From: Anthoceros angustus
Lineage: Eukaryota > Plantae > Anthocerotophyta
DNA: 64,000 bases
Assembly: GCA_010909165.1 (NCBI GenBank)
Contig: VJWM01000044.1
Location: forward strand, 186,001-250,000
Direction: 5' to 3'
Below are positions 46,312-60,249 of the stretch, one piece after another. Every line of letters starts with the position of its first letter. Position 1 is the first letter of the stretch. Under the pieces are notes generated by a model that saw only the letters and a list, made by a program, of their open reading frames with translations, did no database searches and was not told the DNA's origin. A program made the translations under genes and the position numbers.

Positions 46312-47144
46312 CCCTACTAGAAAAGGCAGCCTATGTTACAGTCGTTATTGCAATTTCATGTAACACTTCCAAATTGCAACATGCTATTTAGGCTTGGTAT
46401 TAAGATTGACACTATTCCTTCTCATGCCGTCACCATCTTAACATGAACCCGGCTCTCTCTCATCACCTCACCCTCCTAAGTACAACATCCCTCTCGCTAG
46501 CATTGTTTATGATTTCAAACATATACAATGAAAACTTGGTTATGTTATAGTCCTTTGTTACAATTTCATGTAACACTTTCCATGTGGTACACCCAAAAGT
46601 TAGGTGGCTTGGTGTTAAGTTTGTGATTTTCCCTCCACCTTCTCTCACCATCTTAACAACATGCAAGTGGTCTCTTGACCTTACACCTCGCCATTAAGAG
46701 CTTATCATCAAGTTTGTTGGTTTGGTGTTAAGTTTGTGATTTTGTTTTCCACTTTCTCTTACCATCTTAACAACATGCTTGGTCTCACCTTTCACCTCAC
46801 ACTCCTAGTTAATGCTCCAGATGACACCCATTTCTTTATTGTTTCCCTCTTGTGTTGCCATATGATTGTGACAATGAGCTCCCTCTCCCACCGATTTTAT
46901 TCTTCCTTCTTGCTTTTCCTACATAGCAATTACCAGAACTCTATCTCTCCGTAGGTATCATTCTCTTTCCATCTTCCCTCTTCAATGCACCCTATGTCCA
47001 CACCGGTTTTCTTTTCAAGCCCCATATACACAAACAAACCCTTGTTATCGCCTAATTATGTATAGTAGGATTCTACATTATTTATATGTCCATTTATATA
47101 TACGGTTGGCGGTATTAGATAATCCTACATACATGATGAACACG

Positions 47145-47175
<31 letters not shown>

Positions 47176-47519
47176 AATACATACTTTATGTATAGGTACA
47201 AATTCATAGATATCTAACCATGCCATAGTTATAAGTATACACCTCATAGATTAATAAATACCTCATCACATTTACCACCAAATGCGACATGCGCATGCTT
47301 CTTCAAACGCCCCATTTGTGCGTTTTCCCTATCTAGACTTCCGCTCAAATATACATGCGTTTAAGACATATGCCATAGTTTTCGGGTTCATTCCACAACG
47401 CTAAAACATATCGAAGGACAATGTAAACGCTACGTAACTATGGAATGCCCGCCCACATGTGTGGCGCTATGAGGCCGATCTCCCTTCATCTGCTCGGATC
47501 GACCATCACCCGCCCTCGA

Positions 47520-50500
47520 CGACTACCAATCAAGCGCGTGTCGCATCGCCCAAGCACTCCTCCACCAGCCCACGTTACGCGATGGCGGCGGTGAATGTCC
47601 TCGCATGCGCTTGCTCGGTGCGTGTTTCATTTGCCGTTGCTCCCGCTTTGCACAACGCAAGAAAGGAACGGCATCAAAATCCACGAGCCCCACAAAGACA
47701 AATCAATCCAGCTTATTGCGACATGGACTTGCACATACCACATGTGGGCGGCAGACTCTACTCTTGGCGCCATCCGAGTCTGACTCCTCCTGCATCTTCA
47801 ATAGCCGTCGTCTTTTGCCTGACCCTTTTGGCCTAGCACCTCCTGCCCGTTTTCTCCCGCTCATGTCGACCCTTTGAGCGCTGGCATTCGAGCCACTAAC
47901 CTCCACGTTCAGGCCTTGCACTCCTGGCCCCATAGGCTGCATATTCACCGTGCAGTAAGTTACACTTAGGCAAAATGATCTGCATTCAATTCATCCCTGC
48001 CGCCATTGCCACCAAACTCACACTTTTGGAGACAGATCTTGTGATTCGCCTTGTGGGTGGCAACACACTCACGCCTCCACCTTCCACACCATCCCCACTG
48101 CCTCCGACATCACGAGTGTGATGCCTCCTCGTTCCACCTTCCCTTCCCTTCCTCGGGACATGCTATGGTTCCTTCCATCTTTTCGTGCCCTTCACCGCAC
48201 ATTATTTTCCTTCTCCTTCGACCGCAGCCATGCACACACATCGCCATCGCTCACGCCTTCATGTCCTACATGCGCACTTTTTGACCAGCCTAGCTATTCA
48301 ACCAAGGCCCCGATCTATCGCCATACCACTCCGAGTCCCGCATGCTCCAATCCATGTTTCGCCCATTTCAACTCTTGCTGCGCTCCTTCCCCACCGCTGA
48401 ACATACCTTCTCTCGAACTCTTTTGCTCCCATGGGACCAAATGGATTGGTCCCATGCTCGTGCTTTGCAAGTCGAAATGGGTTGCCGCTTGTTGTGGGTT
48501 GGCCACACACCACCGTGCTTGTGCAACGTTACCACCGCTTGCTCCACGCCCGCCTCCACGCCTTGGTGCCGACGTCGGAGGGTGCAGCCATTTCGCATCT
48601 TTCCTTCTCCTCCAAATAACCGCAGCACCTTCTTGCCAACGTTGTGGTTTCTTGTCCGCGAAGCCCCTGCAAACCTGGACACGATATCCTCGCGATCTAC
48701 ACTAGGGAACTCGTACTCTACCTTCCTCACCAATCATCCCTCAAAGTCTCGCGGCTGGACCATGGTACCATCAAAATCTTCGCCAAGACACTAGCTCCAA
48801 CACGCTGCCGGAAGGCCTTCCGGACTCCCTCCTCGCCATGGGCTCTTCCTCCTCATCTTCATTCTCCACCCACCCTCCATCACACAGGCTCAGCCCATGT
48901 AAACCCCCACGACCATGCAGCACAACACGGCAATGATGTCGTCAAGTGGCTTACCGCCAACTTTTCGCTCCCCTATCTCTCTGCCAATGTTGTCGGTAGG
49001 TCCTCCTCCACCTCTTCACCAGCCATTTCCACTCCCGCCGCCTCCCTCCCGCTTTCACCATCCTCGTGCCGTGGTGTCCTCGCCCACCAGGCTCGACCCA
49101 TGCGGTGTGTTTCGTGGCCTCCTCCTCTTCCTCCCGCCGGCCTCAGCAATATCAACTCCAAAGGCCGCACTTTGCTGCCCTTCGAAAGACCCTCCCGCCT
49201 GCCTCCTTGAGTCCTCCATGGTCACCAAAATAAGCTCTTCTAGAAGAGCCCGATTCTCCCTCCCGCCATCCAGAGGTGCGCCCCTCGCAAGACCTCCGCC
49301 GCCTCCACATGCCGGCGTCCTCGCACCTCGCAATTTCGTACTCTTCAACGGCGTGGAGGGCCCTTTCAAAGTCCGTCGTGCGTGTCGTCCTCGCACCCAC
49401 AAGCTCCACCAGCCCACGTTACGCGATGGCGGCGGTTGTGAATGTCCTCTGCATGCGCTTGCTCGGTGCGTGTTTCATTTGCCGCTTGCTCCCGCTTTGC
49501 ACAACCGCAAGAAAGGAACGCATCAAAATCCACGAGCGCCCACAAAGACAAATCAATCCAGCTTATTGCCGACATGGACTTGCACATACCACAGGTCGGG
49601 CACTCAGCTCTTCGGCCATCCGAGTCTCGACCTCCTGCATCTTCAATAGCCGTGCCTTTTGCGACCTTTTGGCCTAGCACCTCCCGCCTGCTTTCTCCCG
49701 CCATGTCGACCCTTTGAGCCGGCATTCGAGCCACTAACCTCCACGTTCGCCTTGCACTCCGGCCCCATAGGCTGCATATTCACCGTAAGTTACACTAGGC
49801 AAAATGATCTCGCATTCAATTCATCCTCGCCGCCATTGCCACCAAACTCACACTTTTGGAGAGATCTTGTGATTCGCCTTGTGGGTGGCAACACACTCAC
49901 GCACCTCCACCTTCCACACCATCCCCACGCCTCCGACATCACCGAGTGTGATGCCCTCCTCGTTCCACCTTCCCTTCCCTTCCCCTGGGACATGCTATGG
50001 TTCCTTCCATCTTTTCGTGCCCTTCACCGCACATTATTTTCCTTCTCCTTCTCGACCGCAGCCATGCACACACATCGCCATCGCTCACTTTCATGTCCTA
50101 CATGCGCACTTTTTGACCATGCCTAGCTATTCAACCAAGGCCCCGATCTATCGCCATACCACTCGAGTCGCATGCTCTCCAATCCATGTTTCGCAGCCCA
50201 TTTCAACTCTTGTATTGCTGCGCTCCTTCCCCACCGAACATACCTTCTCGAACTCTTTTGCTCCCATGGGACCAAATGGATTGGTCCCATGCTCGTGCTT
50301 TGCAAGTCGAAATGGGTTGCCGCTTGTTGTGGGTTGGCCACACACCACCGTGCTTGTGCAACCACCACCGCTTGCTCCACGCCCGTCTCCACGCCTTGCG
50401 CCGACGTCGGAGGGTGCCATTTCGCATCTTTCCTTCTCCTCCAAATAACCGCACTGTCGCACCTTCTTGCCAACGCTAGGTTTCTTGTCCGAAGCCCCGC

Positions 50501-51962
50501 AAACCCGGACACGATATCCTCGCGATCTACACTAGGGAACTCGTACTCTACCTTCCTCACCAATCCCCTCAAAGTCTCGCCGTGGCTGGACCATGGTACC
50601 ATCAAGCATCTTCGCGCACACTAGCTCCAACACGCGAAGGCCTTCCGGACTCCCTCCTCGTCGATGGGCTCTTCCTCCTCATCTTCATTCTCCACCCACC
50701 CTCCATCACACAGGCTCACACCATGTAAACCCCCACGACCATGCACAACACGGCAATGATGTCAAGTGGCTTACCGCCAACTTTTCCGGCTCCCCTATCT
50801 CTCCTGTCAATGTTGTCGGTAGGTCCTCGTCCACCTCTTCACCAGCCATCTCCACTCCCGCTGCCTCCCTCCCGCTTTCACCATCCTCGTGCCGTGGTGT
50901 CCTCGCCCACCAGGCTCGACCCATGCGGTGTGTTTCGTGGCCTCCCTCCTCTTCCTCCTGCTGGCCTGAAGCAATATCAACTCCAAAGGCCGCACTTTGC
51001 TGCCCTTCAGAAAGACCCTCCCGCCTGCCTCCTTCGAGGTCCCATGCTCGTGCTTTGCAAGTCGAAATAAGTTGCGGGTTGCTGGGTTGGCCACACACCA
51101 CCGTGCTTGTGCAACCACCACCGCTTGCTCCCAGCCTGCCTCCACGCCTTGGTGCCGACGTCGGAGGGTGCAGCCGCATCTTTCCTTCTCCTCCAAATAA
51201 CCGCACGCACCTTCTTGCCAACGTTGTGGTTTCTTGTCCGAAGCCCCGCAAACCCGGACACGATATCCTCGCGATCTACACTAGGGAACTCGTACTCTAC
51301 CTTCCTCACCAACTGCCCCTCAAAGTCTCGTGTACGGACCATGGTACCATCAACCATCGACACTAGCTCCAACACGCCGGAAGGCCTTCCGGACTCCCTC
51401 CTCGTCCATGGGCTCTTCCTCCTCATCTTCGCTCTCCACCCACCCTCCATCACACAGGCTCACACCATGTAAACCCCCACGACCATGCACAACACGGCAA
51501 TGATGTCGCCAAGTGGCTTACCGCCAACTTTTCCGCTGCCTCCCTATCTCTCACAATGTTGTCGGTAGGTCCTCGCCCACCTCTTCACCACCCATTTCCA
51601 CTCCGCCTCCCGCCACCATCCTCCCGGTGGTGTCCTCGCCCACCAGGCTCGACCCATGTGTGTTTCGGCCTCCTCCTCTTCCTCCCGCCGGCCTCAAGCA
51701 ATATCAACTCCAAAGGCCGCACTTTGCTGCCCTTCGAAAGACCCTCCCGCCTCCTTGAGTCTTCCATGGTCACCAAAATAAGCTCTTCTAGAAGAGCCCG
51801 ATTCTCCCTCCCGCCATCCAGAGGTGCGCCCCTCGCAAGACCTCCGCCGCCTCCACATGCCGGCGTCCTCGCACCTCGCAATTTCGTACTCTTCAACGGC
51901 GTGGAGGGCCCTTTCAAAGTCCGTCGTGCGTGTCGTCCTCGCACCCACAAGCTCCACCAGCG
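47520..51962. repeat. Tandem duplication of a ~1.84-kb unit (47568-49410, 49411-~51035) plus a partial third copy (~51040-51962)
   Basis: AGCCCACGTTACGCGATGGCGG occurs at 47568 and 49411; 49210-49411 matches 51757-51961. Copies differ mainly by 1-4 bp indels. Confidence 0.9.
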
Positions 51963-52949
51963 CCCACCTCTTGGAGACAGACGTGGAATGAGGAGGATTT
52001 GTTGCCGCCTCCTCCTCATCAACACCTTCCACTTGTGCAACTCCCTCCCCGCGAAGCCCCTCCATGCCTCCATTCGGCTCCACGGAAGGACCTCCCGGCA
52101 TCCACTCCCGCCTGCTCGCAGGCAGATACACGCCCACATCGCTTGCCGCCTCGGCTTTGGCACCCGCCCCGAGGCCGCCAGCAATTCCACTTGACCATAA
52201 ACGGCCGCCGCTTCCTCCATTTTCCAAACCTTCACCGCCTCTCCATTTTCCAAACCTTCACCGCCTCCATGATCGGGCGCAAACAGACGAAGGGCCCTCC
52301 GTCCTCTGCTTTCCACCAACCACTTTCGGATCGCCATCCAAGTCACGGGTTATGGTAGCGGGTTGTAGGCTTAAACGAATCGGCCCAAATCTTCAAGTCC
52401 ACGTCCCAAACCATAGCGGAACCACGCCAATCGCGACGCCTAGATGACCTAACCGCGGAGTGCAAGCAAGGACGATATGGGTTTTCGAAGGTGGTAACCT
52501 TGTGGTGACGGAGGGAGGGAGGGGCGAACGAAAGGACATGCCACTGGCTCCTTGCCACAAGATGCCATGTTTCCCAAGACGCACCTCCATCGGTTCTCGA
52601 ATACCCATGTGTCCGCCATGGCATGCCCCATGCCGCCTTTGGCGGCGACACCGTCACCTCTTTGAACGAAGCTCCATGTCCCCATGCTTCATATATAGCC
52701 CGCAACAATACTGTGACCCAAGGACGAAATTGGTAACAATGCTCGGATGCCATGTGCCAAGGATGTTGTATGGTCATTCATGCCGCCATGGCCCGCTCAA
52801 CATGCATGCCACACGGACGAACATCACGTCCGAATCGGTGGTTTTACCTTCATGTCAAGTGTGCGAGCCATAAGCGTGCCACTGGCTCCAAAGACGTGAC
52901 GCCGTCCTGCTGCGGCGCACACCTACCTACTGCCAAGCGCCATGTCCTG

Positions 52950-53930
52950 CTTCACATATATAGCCCGGTGATTTGAACGCCTTCTCGTGACCGGGACGAA
53001 TTTGGCGCATGCTGGATGCCCATGGGTGAATGGTGTTGTCTGTGTGTCGGTCATGGCTCGCACCTAGCCATGCTTTTCCGGCGCACACCTGCCTTTTGTT
53101 CGTTGGCATGTCCCCATACATATATAGGCGGGCGATTTGTACGATAATTCGTGACCCAAGGACAATTTGGCGATGCTTTGGATGCCCATGGGTGAATGGT
53201 GTTGTCTGGGTGTCGGCCGTCATGGCTCGCACCCTAGCCATGCTCTTTTCCGGCGCACACACCTCGCCTTTTGTTCGGTTGGCATGTCCCCATACTCGCA
53301 TATATATAGGCTGATAATTCGTGACCCAAGGACTAATTTGGCAACTTAAAGCGGATGCCCATGGGCCATGGATGTTGTTGGTTTGTGAGTTGAAAAGACC
53401 ATGGTCCAAGGATGGTTAATGCATGGTAAAGTGTTGACTACTTATTCGAGATCCAAGGAGCATTGTTCGCAATGCAATCGGAATGACCATGTTCCAAGGA
53501 TGGTTACGCATGTGGTGGAACAGCTACTTATTCGAGATCCAAGGACCATTGTTCGCAATGCAATCGAATGACCATGGTCCAAGGACGTTAATGCATATGT
53601 GATCTGCTTTGAGTACTTTTCGAGACCAAGGACCATTGTTCAATGCAATCAAATGACCATGGTCCAAGGATGGTTAATGCATATGTGTTCGAATGTTGAG
53701 CATCTTTTCGATCCAAGGACCATTGTTCGCAATGCAATCCAAATGACCATGGTCCAAGGATGGTTAATGCATATGTGCTAAGTGTTGAATACTTTTTCAG
53801 GACCATTGTTCGCAATGCAATCGAATGACCATGGTCCAAGGATGGTTAATGCATATGACAATGTGGAATACTTTTCAATGCCAAGGACCATTGTTCGCAA
53901 TGCAATCGGAATGACCATGGTCCAAGTAGT
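52950..53930. repeat. ~165-bp duplication (53013 and 53180) and an array of ~85-95 bp units (53395-53930)
   Basis: GGACCATTGTTCGCAATGCAATCGAATGACCATGGTCCAAGGATGGTTAATGCAT occurs about six times. Confidence 0.88.
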
Positions 53931-55019
53931 TATTTCACTCCCGTAACCTTGTGGTGACGGGTGGAGGAGGGAAGAGTGGGGCGGAGATCATCCACAGCCA
54001 CCTACATTCTTTTCCGCCTTTCCTTTGCGGGCGGACATTATAACCACAATGGCAATAAACATCGCCCATTCTGCCTATTATGATCCTTGCAAGTACATGG
54101 CCGCATACATATGCCATGACAAAAGGACAAGTGGTAGGTCGAACCCTATGATGTATCCTACAAACCCACTTGACTTGGTTGCCTTCATCAAAGTGAAGAT
54201 ACCGCTAATGTCCACACCGTGCGCCATTGCCAATAAGTGATGGTGACGGTAGCATTTGGCGTGCCATGTCCCGTGATGTAAGGAAGACCGTGATCATCAT
54301 TTCGCACACGGCATGGCACTTGTCGAGCTCGCCTCTTTGACCAGCCTAAGAGAGATGCGTGAACCACCAGATATGTGCAATAAGATCTGCCGCCATCCAT
54401 CGCGGGCCACAGAATAATGTCTTTGAGCGAGCCAGCGCTCACCGACCATCAACTAGGAGACATGGTGGAGGATGACACATGGCTGAAATTGTGAAAAGCG
54501 CAATGACGACAACCCTCACGCCACTGGAAGACGGACGTTTGTGGCCTTTTTTCATATCACGCAGAGCACGGCATTGGAATCCGCCACTCTATGCCCGCAC
54601 TAACCGACCGCCATCCTCATTGCACCTTGCAATAGTGGTCATTCATGGAAATCGAGAGCCGGGAAAGCCTACCATGCCTGCGTTTTCCCTTTACAGGAAC
54701 GGTCGACATTAAAGATTCCCTCGACCGTTCCTTGAAGTGGCATGACGCACAAGTGGTTGCCCACGGCGGCCCTCATCTGCATGCACGGTTTAAATGACCT
54801 TGCCTGGGCCTCCGCTTCATGGTAGTAGCGATCTGTTGCTCCTCCAAGCGCGCGGTCGCCTTGTGGAATAGTCGGAGGTGCAACTCCCAACCCTTGCCCT
54901 CTCCTCCTCTCTTCATCCGTCTGCAATTGCCATGGGCATGTGTAGGAAACCAACTTCGTTGAGGGGCGCCTCGTGCGGATCGGAACCGAACCACCATTGG
55001 TTTGTTGTTCTCTCCATCT

Positions 55020-58000
55020 CCGGTGCACACCCCATCCGATGGCCATCAAGGACCCCAAGCGCACTGGAGGGGCGTCGCCCATCTTAGTGGGCGGTCATGT
55101 GCATGCAACTGGGAATCCGCCATTGGGGTGGCAATGTGGAAGTCTCAATGGTCACGGAGTGGCAGATGGTATCCAACCTCATGTGGCATGGAAGGTGTCG
55201 GGCACAAATCGTAGTTGTCACCTCGCTTCACAAGCCGTGACCGTGGCGATCATTTCTTTCAACCTCGTGGATGTTTGGATTTCTCTTTATATGTTGCTCA
55301 AACGCTTCATTTCCTCACCTTCGATGTTGCTTGCAACATTGCGGATTGTGGATATTGGCGTCACACGGCCGCGAATCGACGATGGCCATCGAGGAAGAGG
55401 GCCGCAGCCTCGTTTCACAAGCCGTGACTGTGTGGCGATCATTTCAACCTCGTGGATGTTTGGATTTCTCTTTATATGTTGCTCAAACGTTCATTTCCTC
55501 ACCTTCGATGTTGCTTGCAACATTGCGGATTGTGTGGATATTGCTGCGTCACGGCGTGGACGATGGCCATCGAGGAAGAGGCTGCGTTCCACATTCCGGC
55601 GATGGCCATCGGCGCCGATGGCCATCAAGGACCCCAAGCGCACTGAGGGGCGTTCAACTCGCCCATCTTAGTGGGGGCGTGTCTTGTGCATGCAACTGGA
55701 ATCCGCCATTGGGGTGGCAATGTGGAAGTCTCAATGGTCACGAGTGGCGACATGGTATCCAACCTCATGTGGCATGGAAGGTGTCGGGCACAAATCGCGT
55801 TGTCACACCTCGTTTCACAAGCCGTGACCGTGGGCGATCATTTCTTCAACCTCGTGGATGTTTGGATTTCTCTTTATATGTTGCTCAAACGTTCATTTCC
55901 TCACCTTGATGTTGCTTGCAACATTGCGTGTGATTGTGGATATTGCCGCCACACGGCCGCGAATCGACGATGGCCATCGAGGAAGAGGGCCGCAGCCTCG
56001 TTTCACAAGCCGTGACTGTGGCGATCATTTCTTTCAACCTCGTGGATGTTTGGATTTCTCTTTATATGTTGCTCAAACGCTTCATTTCCTCACCTTCGAT
56101 GTTGCTTGCAACATTGCGATTGTGTGGATATTGTCACACACACGGCGAACCGATGGCCATCGAGGAAGAGGGCCGCAGCTCACGGCGATGGCCATCGGCG
56201 GCGATGGACGGAGGTTGCTCTCCGCCCACGCCACGGGGAAGGCAAGCTTGGCCGCCGGCCCCGCTTTTGCCGTCTCTTGGGCATGATCGTGTTCGGGGCC
56301 AGTTATACCTCACATTCGGGTATACTTTCACCATTCTTAAAGGCGGCGTTGGGAAATGTGATTCTCCATTTGTACCACGGTACTACTCATCAACACCGCA
56401 ATAAAAGTCGATGACTGTCATGTCCACTTCGGAATGGATGGATAGGGGTTGGTGCCCATCCATACCGTGTGGAGCATATGACATGTCACCGCCACCCACG
56501 TCACTTATGTTTGACGCGTGTCAATCGTGCAGCCGATGGATGCCATATGGATTCACAAACTTTGGGATCCTTTGCCATCGCGTTGCCCTCCTCGGATAGT
56601 ACCGGCCGAAAACTATACAAGTGTCCGCCTCCAAACCGTGATGGATCGAGGTGGAAGGCGGGACTTTCGCAAGCCTCAAAGTTGAAGGCGAAAGGGAGGT
56701 TGAGAGGGAAGGGAACAGACACAACACTCCCCGCCTTCACCGACCATGCCGACAGGGGAGAGGGAAGCGGGGAGGATTCCGGCTTTGGGACGGCGCCGTC
56801 TGTCCCCACGCGGCGGAACTGCAGCAATTTCCCAATGGGAGGAAGAGGCAAGTCGCACCGAGCTACACTTTTGCAGGCCACGATCCGTGGAGGAGGTCGC
56901 AGAACTTGAGTCGATTGTTTCGGATAGAACAACCGCCGTTGTGGGGCTTCACATCCAAGCGCCACTATGGCTGGCTACACACACCTCAAGAATGGACTTG
57001 GGGGCGAAGAGACGGCATGGAACACGCTGCGGCCACCGGGTGCACCGCCTTTCACCGCAATGGCGCACGCAACATGGGAGTTGTATAGAGACTTTGAGAG
57101 CATGAGCTCAACACTATCCTCGCTATGGACGGCAAATCAAGGAGGTGGCTGCAAGGATGGGCGCGTCGGCCGAGCATCTTCCGCTTCCTTTCAATGCAAC
57201 CGCTTCCGGTTTGAATGTAAAATTGTGAAGGAGGTGGGGCATCTTTTAGCCCAACACATGTTTGCAAGTGCAATGACTCACCATGTAGATGGCTGCGCCC
57301 ACCGCTAGCCGTTGCTCATCTCCTCCCTTTCAATAGCCACACCTCAAGAATGGACTTGGGGCGGAAGAGACGGCATGGAACACGCTGTGGTGCCATGCAC
57401 CGCCTTTCACCGCAATGGCGCACGCAACATGGGAGTTGTATAGAGACTTTGAGAGCATGAGCTCAACACTATCCTCGCTATGGACGGCAAATCAAGGAGG
57501 TGGCTGCAAGGATGGGCGCGCCTGTCCGAGCATCTTCCGCCTTTCAATGCAACCGCTTGTCGGGTTTGAATGTAAAATTGTGAAGGAGGTGGGGCATCTG
57601 TTTTAGCCCGTAAACACATGTTTGCAAGTGCAATGACTCACCATGTAGACGTGCTGCCGCCACCGCTAGCCGTTTGCTCATCTCCTCCCTTTCAATAGCC
57701 GCCACCTCACCGACGGCGCTCAATGTCGGGAGTGTTTATTCAGGCCCGTGACATCCCGCCAATGCAATGATTCATCCCATCCCGCCGCTCACCGCCGATG
57801 AACATGGCGTGAATCCACAACCGCATTCTTCCTCTCTGCCATCGACGGACGGCTCATCGCCGATGGCACATCGCCCGAGGTGCTCTAATGTTGAAGGACC
57901 GGTTCTCGACGGAGGTGACGCGTCTGCGCTGCGCGTGATGCCCGCACCTACAAGCGGCGGCGAGGGTCGTTGTGAATTGGACATGAATTCGCGGGCGAGT

Positions 58001-59840
58001 CTCGCATTCATAGGTTGCCCGTGCCGTGCCGCCTGATTTTGTGGTCGACACCTGACCACGCAAGATGCCCGATTTGCAAATGAGGTTTACATGTTTTGTC
58101 CATGCTGTGTGGCGACCTCGTGGATGTTTGGATTTCTTTATATGTTGCTCAAACGCTTCATTTCCTCACCTTGATGTTGCTTGCAACATTGCGGTGATTG
58201 TGGATATTACACAGCGAATCGACGATGGCCATCGAGGAAGAGGGCCGCAGCCTCGCTTCGGCGATGGCCATCGGCGGCGGACGGAGGTTGCTCTCCGCCC
58301 ACGCCACGGACGAGGCGCTTGGCCGCTCCGGCTTTTGCCGCCTCTTGGGCATGACAATGCCGTGTTCGGGGCCAGTTATACCTCACATTCGGGTATACTT
58401 CACCATTCTTAAAGGCGGCGAAATGTGATTCTCCATTTGTACCACGGTACTACTCATCAACACAATAAAAGTCGATGACTGTCATGTCCACTTCGGAATG
58501 GATGGATAGGGTTGGTGCCCATCCATACCGTGGAGCATATGACATGTCACCGCCACCCACGCCACTTATGTTTGACGTGTCAATCGTGCACCGTGTGCCA
58601 TGGATGCCATATGGATTCACAAACTTTGGGATCCTTTGCCATCGCGTTGCCCTCCTCCTGGATAGTCAGCATGACAAACTATACAAGTGTCGCCTCCAAA
58701 CCGTGATGGATCGAGGTGGAACGAAGGGACTTTCGCAAGCCTCAAAGTTGAAGGCGGGAGGTTGAGAGGAAGGGAAGGCAGACACAACACTCCCCGCCCC
58801 ACCATGCCGACACGAAGGGAGAGGGAAGCGGGGAGGATTCTGCTTTGGGACGGCGCCCGTCTCCCCCACGCCGCGCCAACTCGCAGCAATTTCCCAATGG
58901 GAGGAAGAGGCAAGTCGCACCGAGCTACACTTTTGCAGGCCACGATCCGTGGAGGATTTGCTGCAACTTGAGTCGATTGTTTCGGATAGAACAAATCGCC
59001 GCTGGGGGCTTCACATCCAAGCGCGCCACTATGGTCAAGCTACACACCTCAAGAATGGACTTGGGGGCGAAGAGACGGCATGGAACACCTGTGCCAGGTG
59101 CACCGCCTTTCACCGCAATGGCGCACGCAACATGGGAGTTGTATAGAGACTTTGAGAGCATGAGCTCAACACTATCCTCGCTATGGACGTGCAAATCAAG
59201 GAGGTGGCTGCAAGGATGGGCGCCTGCGAGCATCTTCCGCCTTTCAATGCAACCGCCGGGTTTGAATGTAAAATTGTGAAGGAGGTGGGGCATCTGTTTT
59301 AGCCCAGAACACATGTTTGCAAGTGCAATGACTCACAGTCATGTAGACAGTAGCCGACCGTTGCTGCCCAACCGCTAGCCGTTCGCTCATGTCCTCCCTT
59401 TCAATAGCCGCCGTCACCTCACCACTACGCTGACGGTGCGCTCAACGTCGGGAGTGTTTATTCAGGCCCAGGACATCCCGCCAATGCAATGATTCATCCC
59501 ATCCCGGTCGCTCTCACCGCCTGGGATGAACATGGCGTGAATCCACAACCGCATTCTTCTCTCCGCATCGATCTCCATCGGACGCCGATGGCACATCGCC
59601 CGAGGTGCTCTAATGTTGAAGGACCGGTTCTCGACGGAGGTGACGCGTCGCTACAGCGTGATGCCCGCACACAAGTGCGTGTATGGTCGTGAATTGGACA
59701 TGAACAGGCGAGTCGCGATTCATAGGTTGCCCGGCTGCGCCGCATTGCCGCTGTCGGGACTGCCCGACCACGTGCAAGATGCCCGATTTGCAAATGAGGT
59801 TTACATGTTTTGTCCATGCCGGTGTGACCTCTGGGCGGAT
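55020..59840. repeat. Hierarchical duplications: ~190-bp units (55228-56200), a ~600-bp superunit, and a ~2.1-kb unit (about 56000-58060 versus 58110-59840)
   Basis: CCTCGTGGATGTTTGGATTTCT.. recurs at about 55263, 55448, 55850, 56038 and 58116; CACCTCAAGAATGGACTTGGGGGCG recurs at 56982, 57340 and 59046. Confidence 0.85.
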
Positions 59841-60249
59841 TCCAGCACATCTCAAGATCTCTTGCACTGCCACGGCCGCCGGTAAGCTCTGCGCTCGCAT
59901 TCCCATTGCTCTCTAATTTGCAATCGAGGTTTATCCGCATGGAGCCAAGTTTGGACAGACGGTGGCGGAGGCCTTGAAGGCGCCTCTCCACCGCAGACGG
60001 ATACGGAAACGGGCTCGAGGAGTATGAAATGCGAGAGCAAGGGGGGGCGACCAAAGTGGCGTCCGATGTGGAGAGCATGGACGAGGAACGGATGTGAAGA
60101 GGTACCTCATATGCACTCGGACGACGGAAGCAACCGATCATGCACTTGGCACGGAGGGAACCGCGCACAGAACCGCTGCTTGTCGCGCTGCTGGCGAGAC
60201 GCCTTTATACCAGGTGTAAAGGAAAGCGAAGAGAGCCGCTAAGCGCCAC

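Noticed and set aside
46062-46391. ORF with VVLETVLKAFSTL repeats
   Set aside because: A by-product of a 39-bp (13-codon) tandem unit; no other coding evidence.
53935-54442. Ulp1/C48 protease cargo in the CACTA region
   Set aside because: The HW, D and QxxxxDCG catalytic motifs are not present in order; the resemblance is too weak.
47459-59900. Dozens of short ORFs on both strands as separate genes
   Set aside because: They are fragments of repeated, frameshifted GC-rich transposon sequence.
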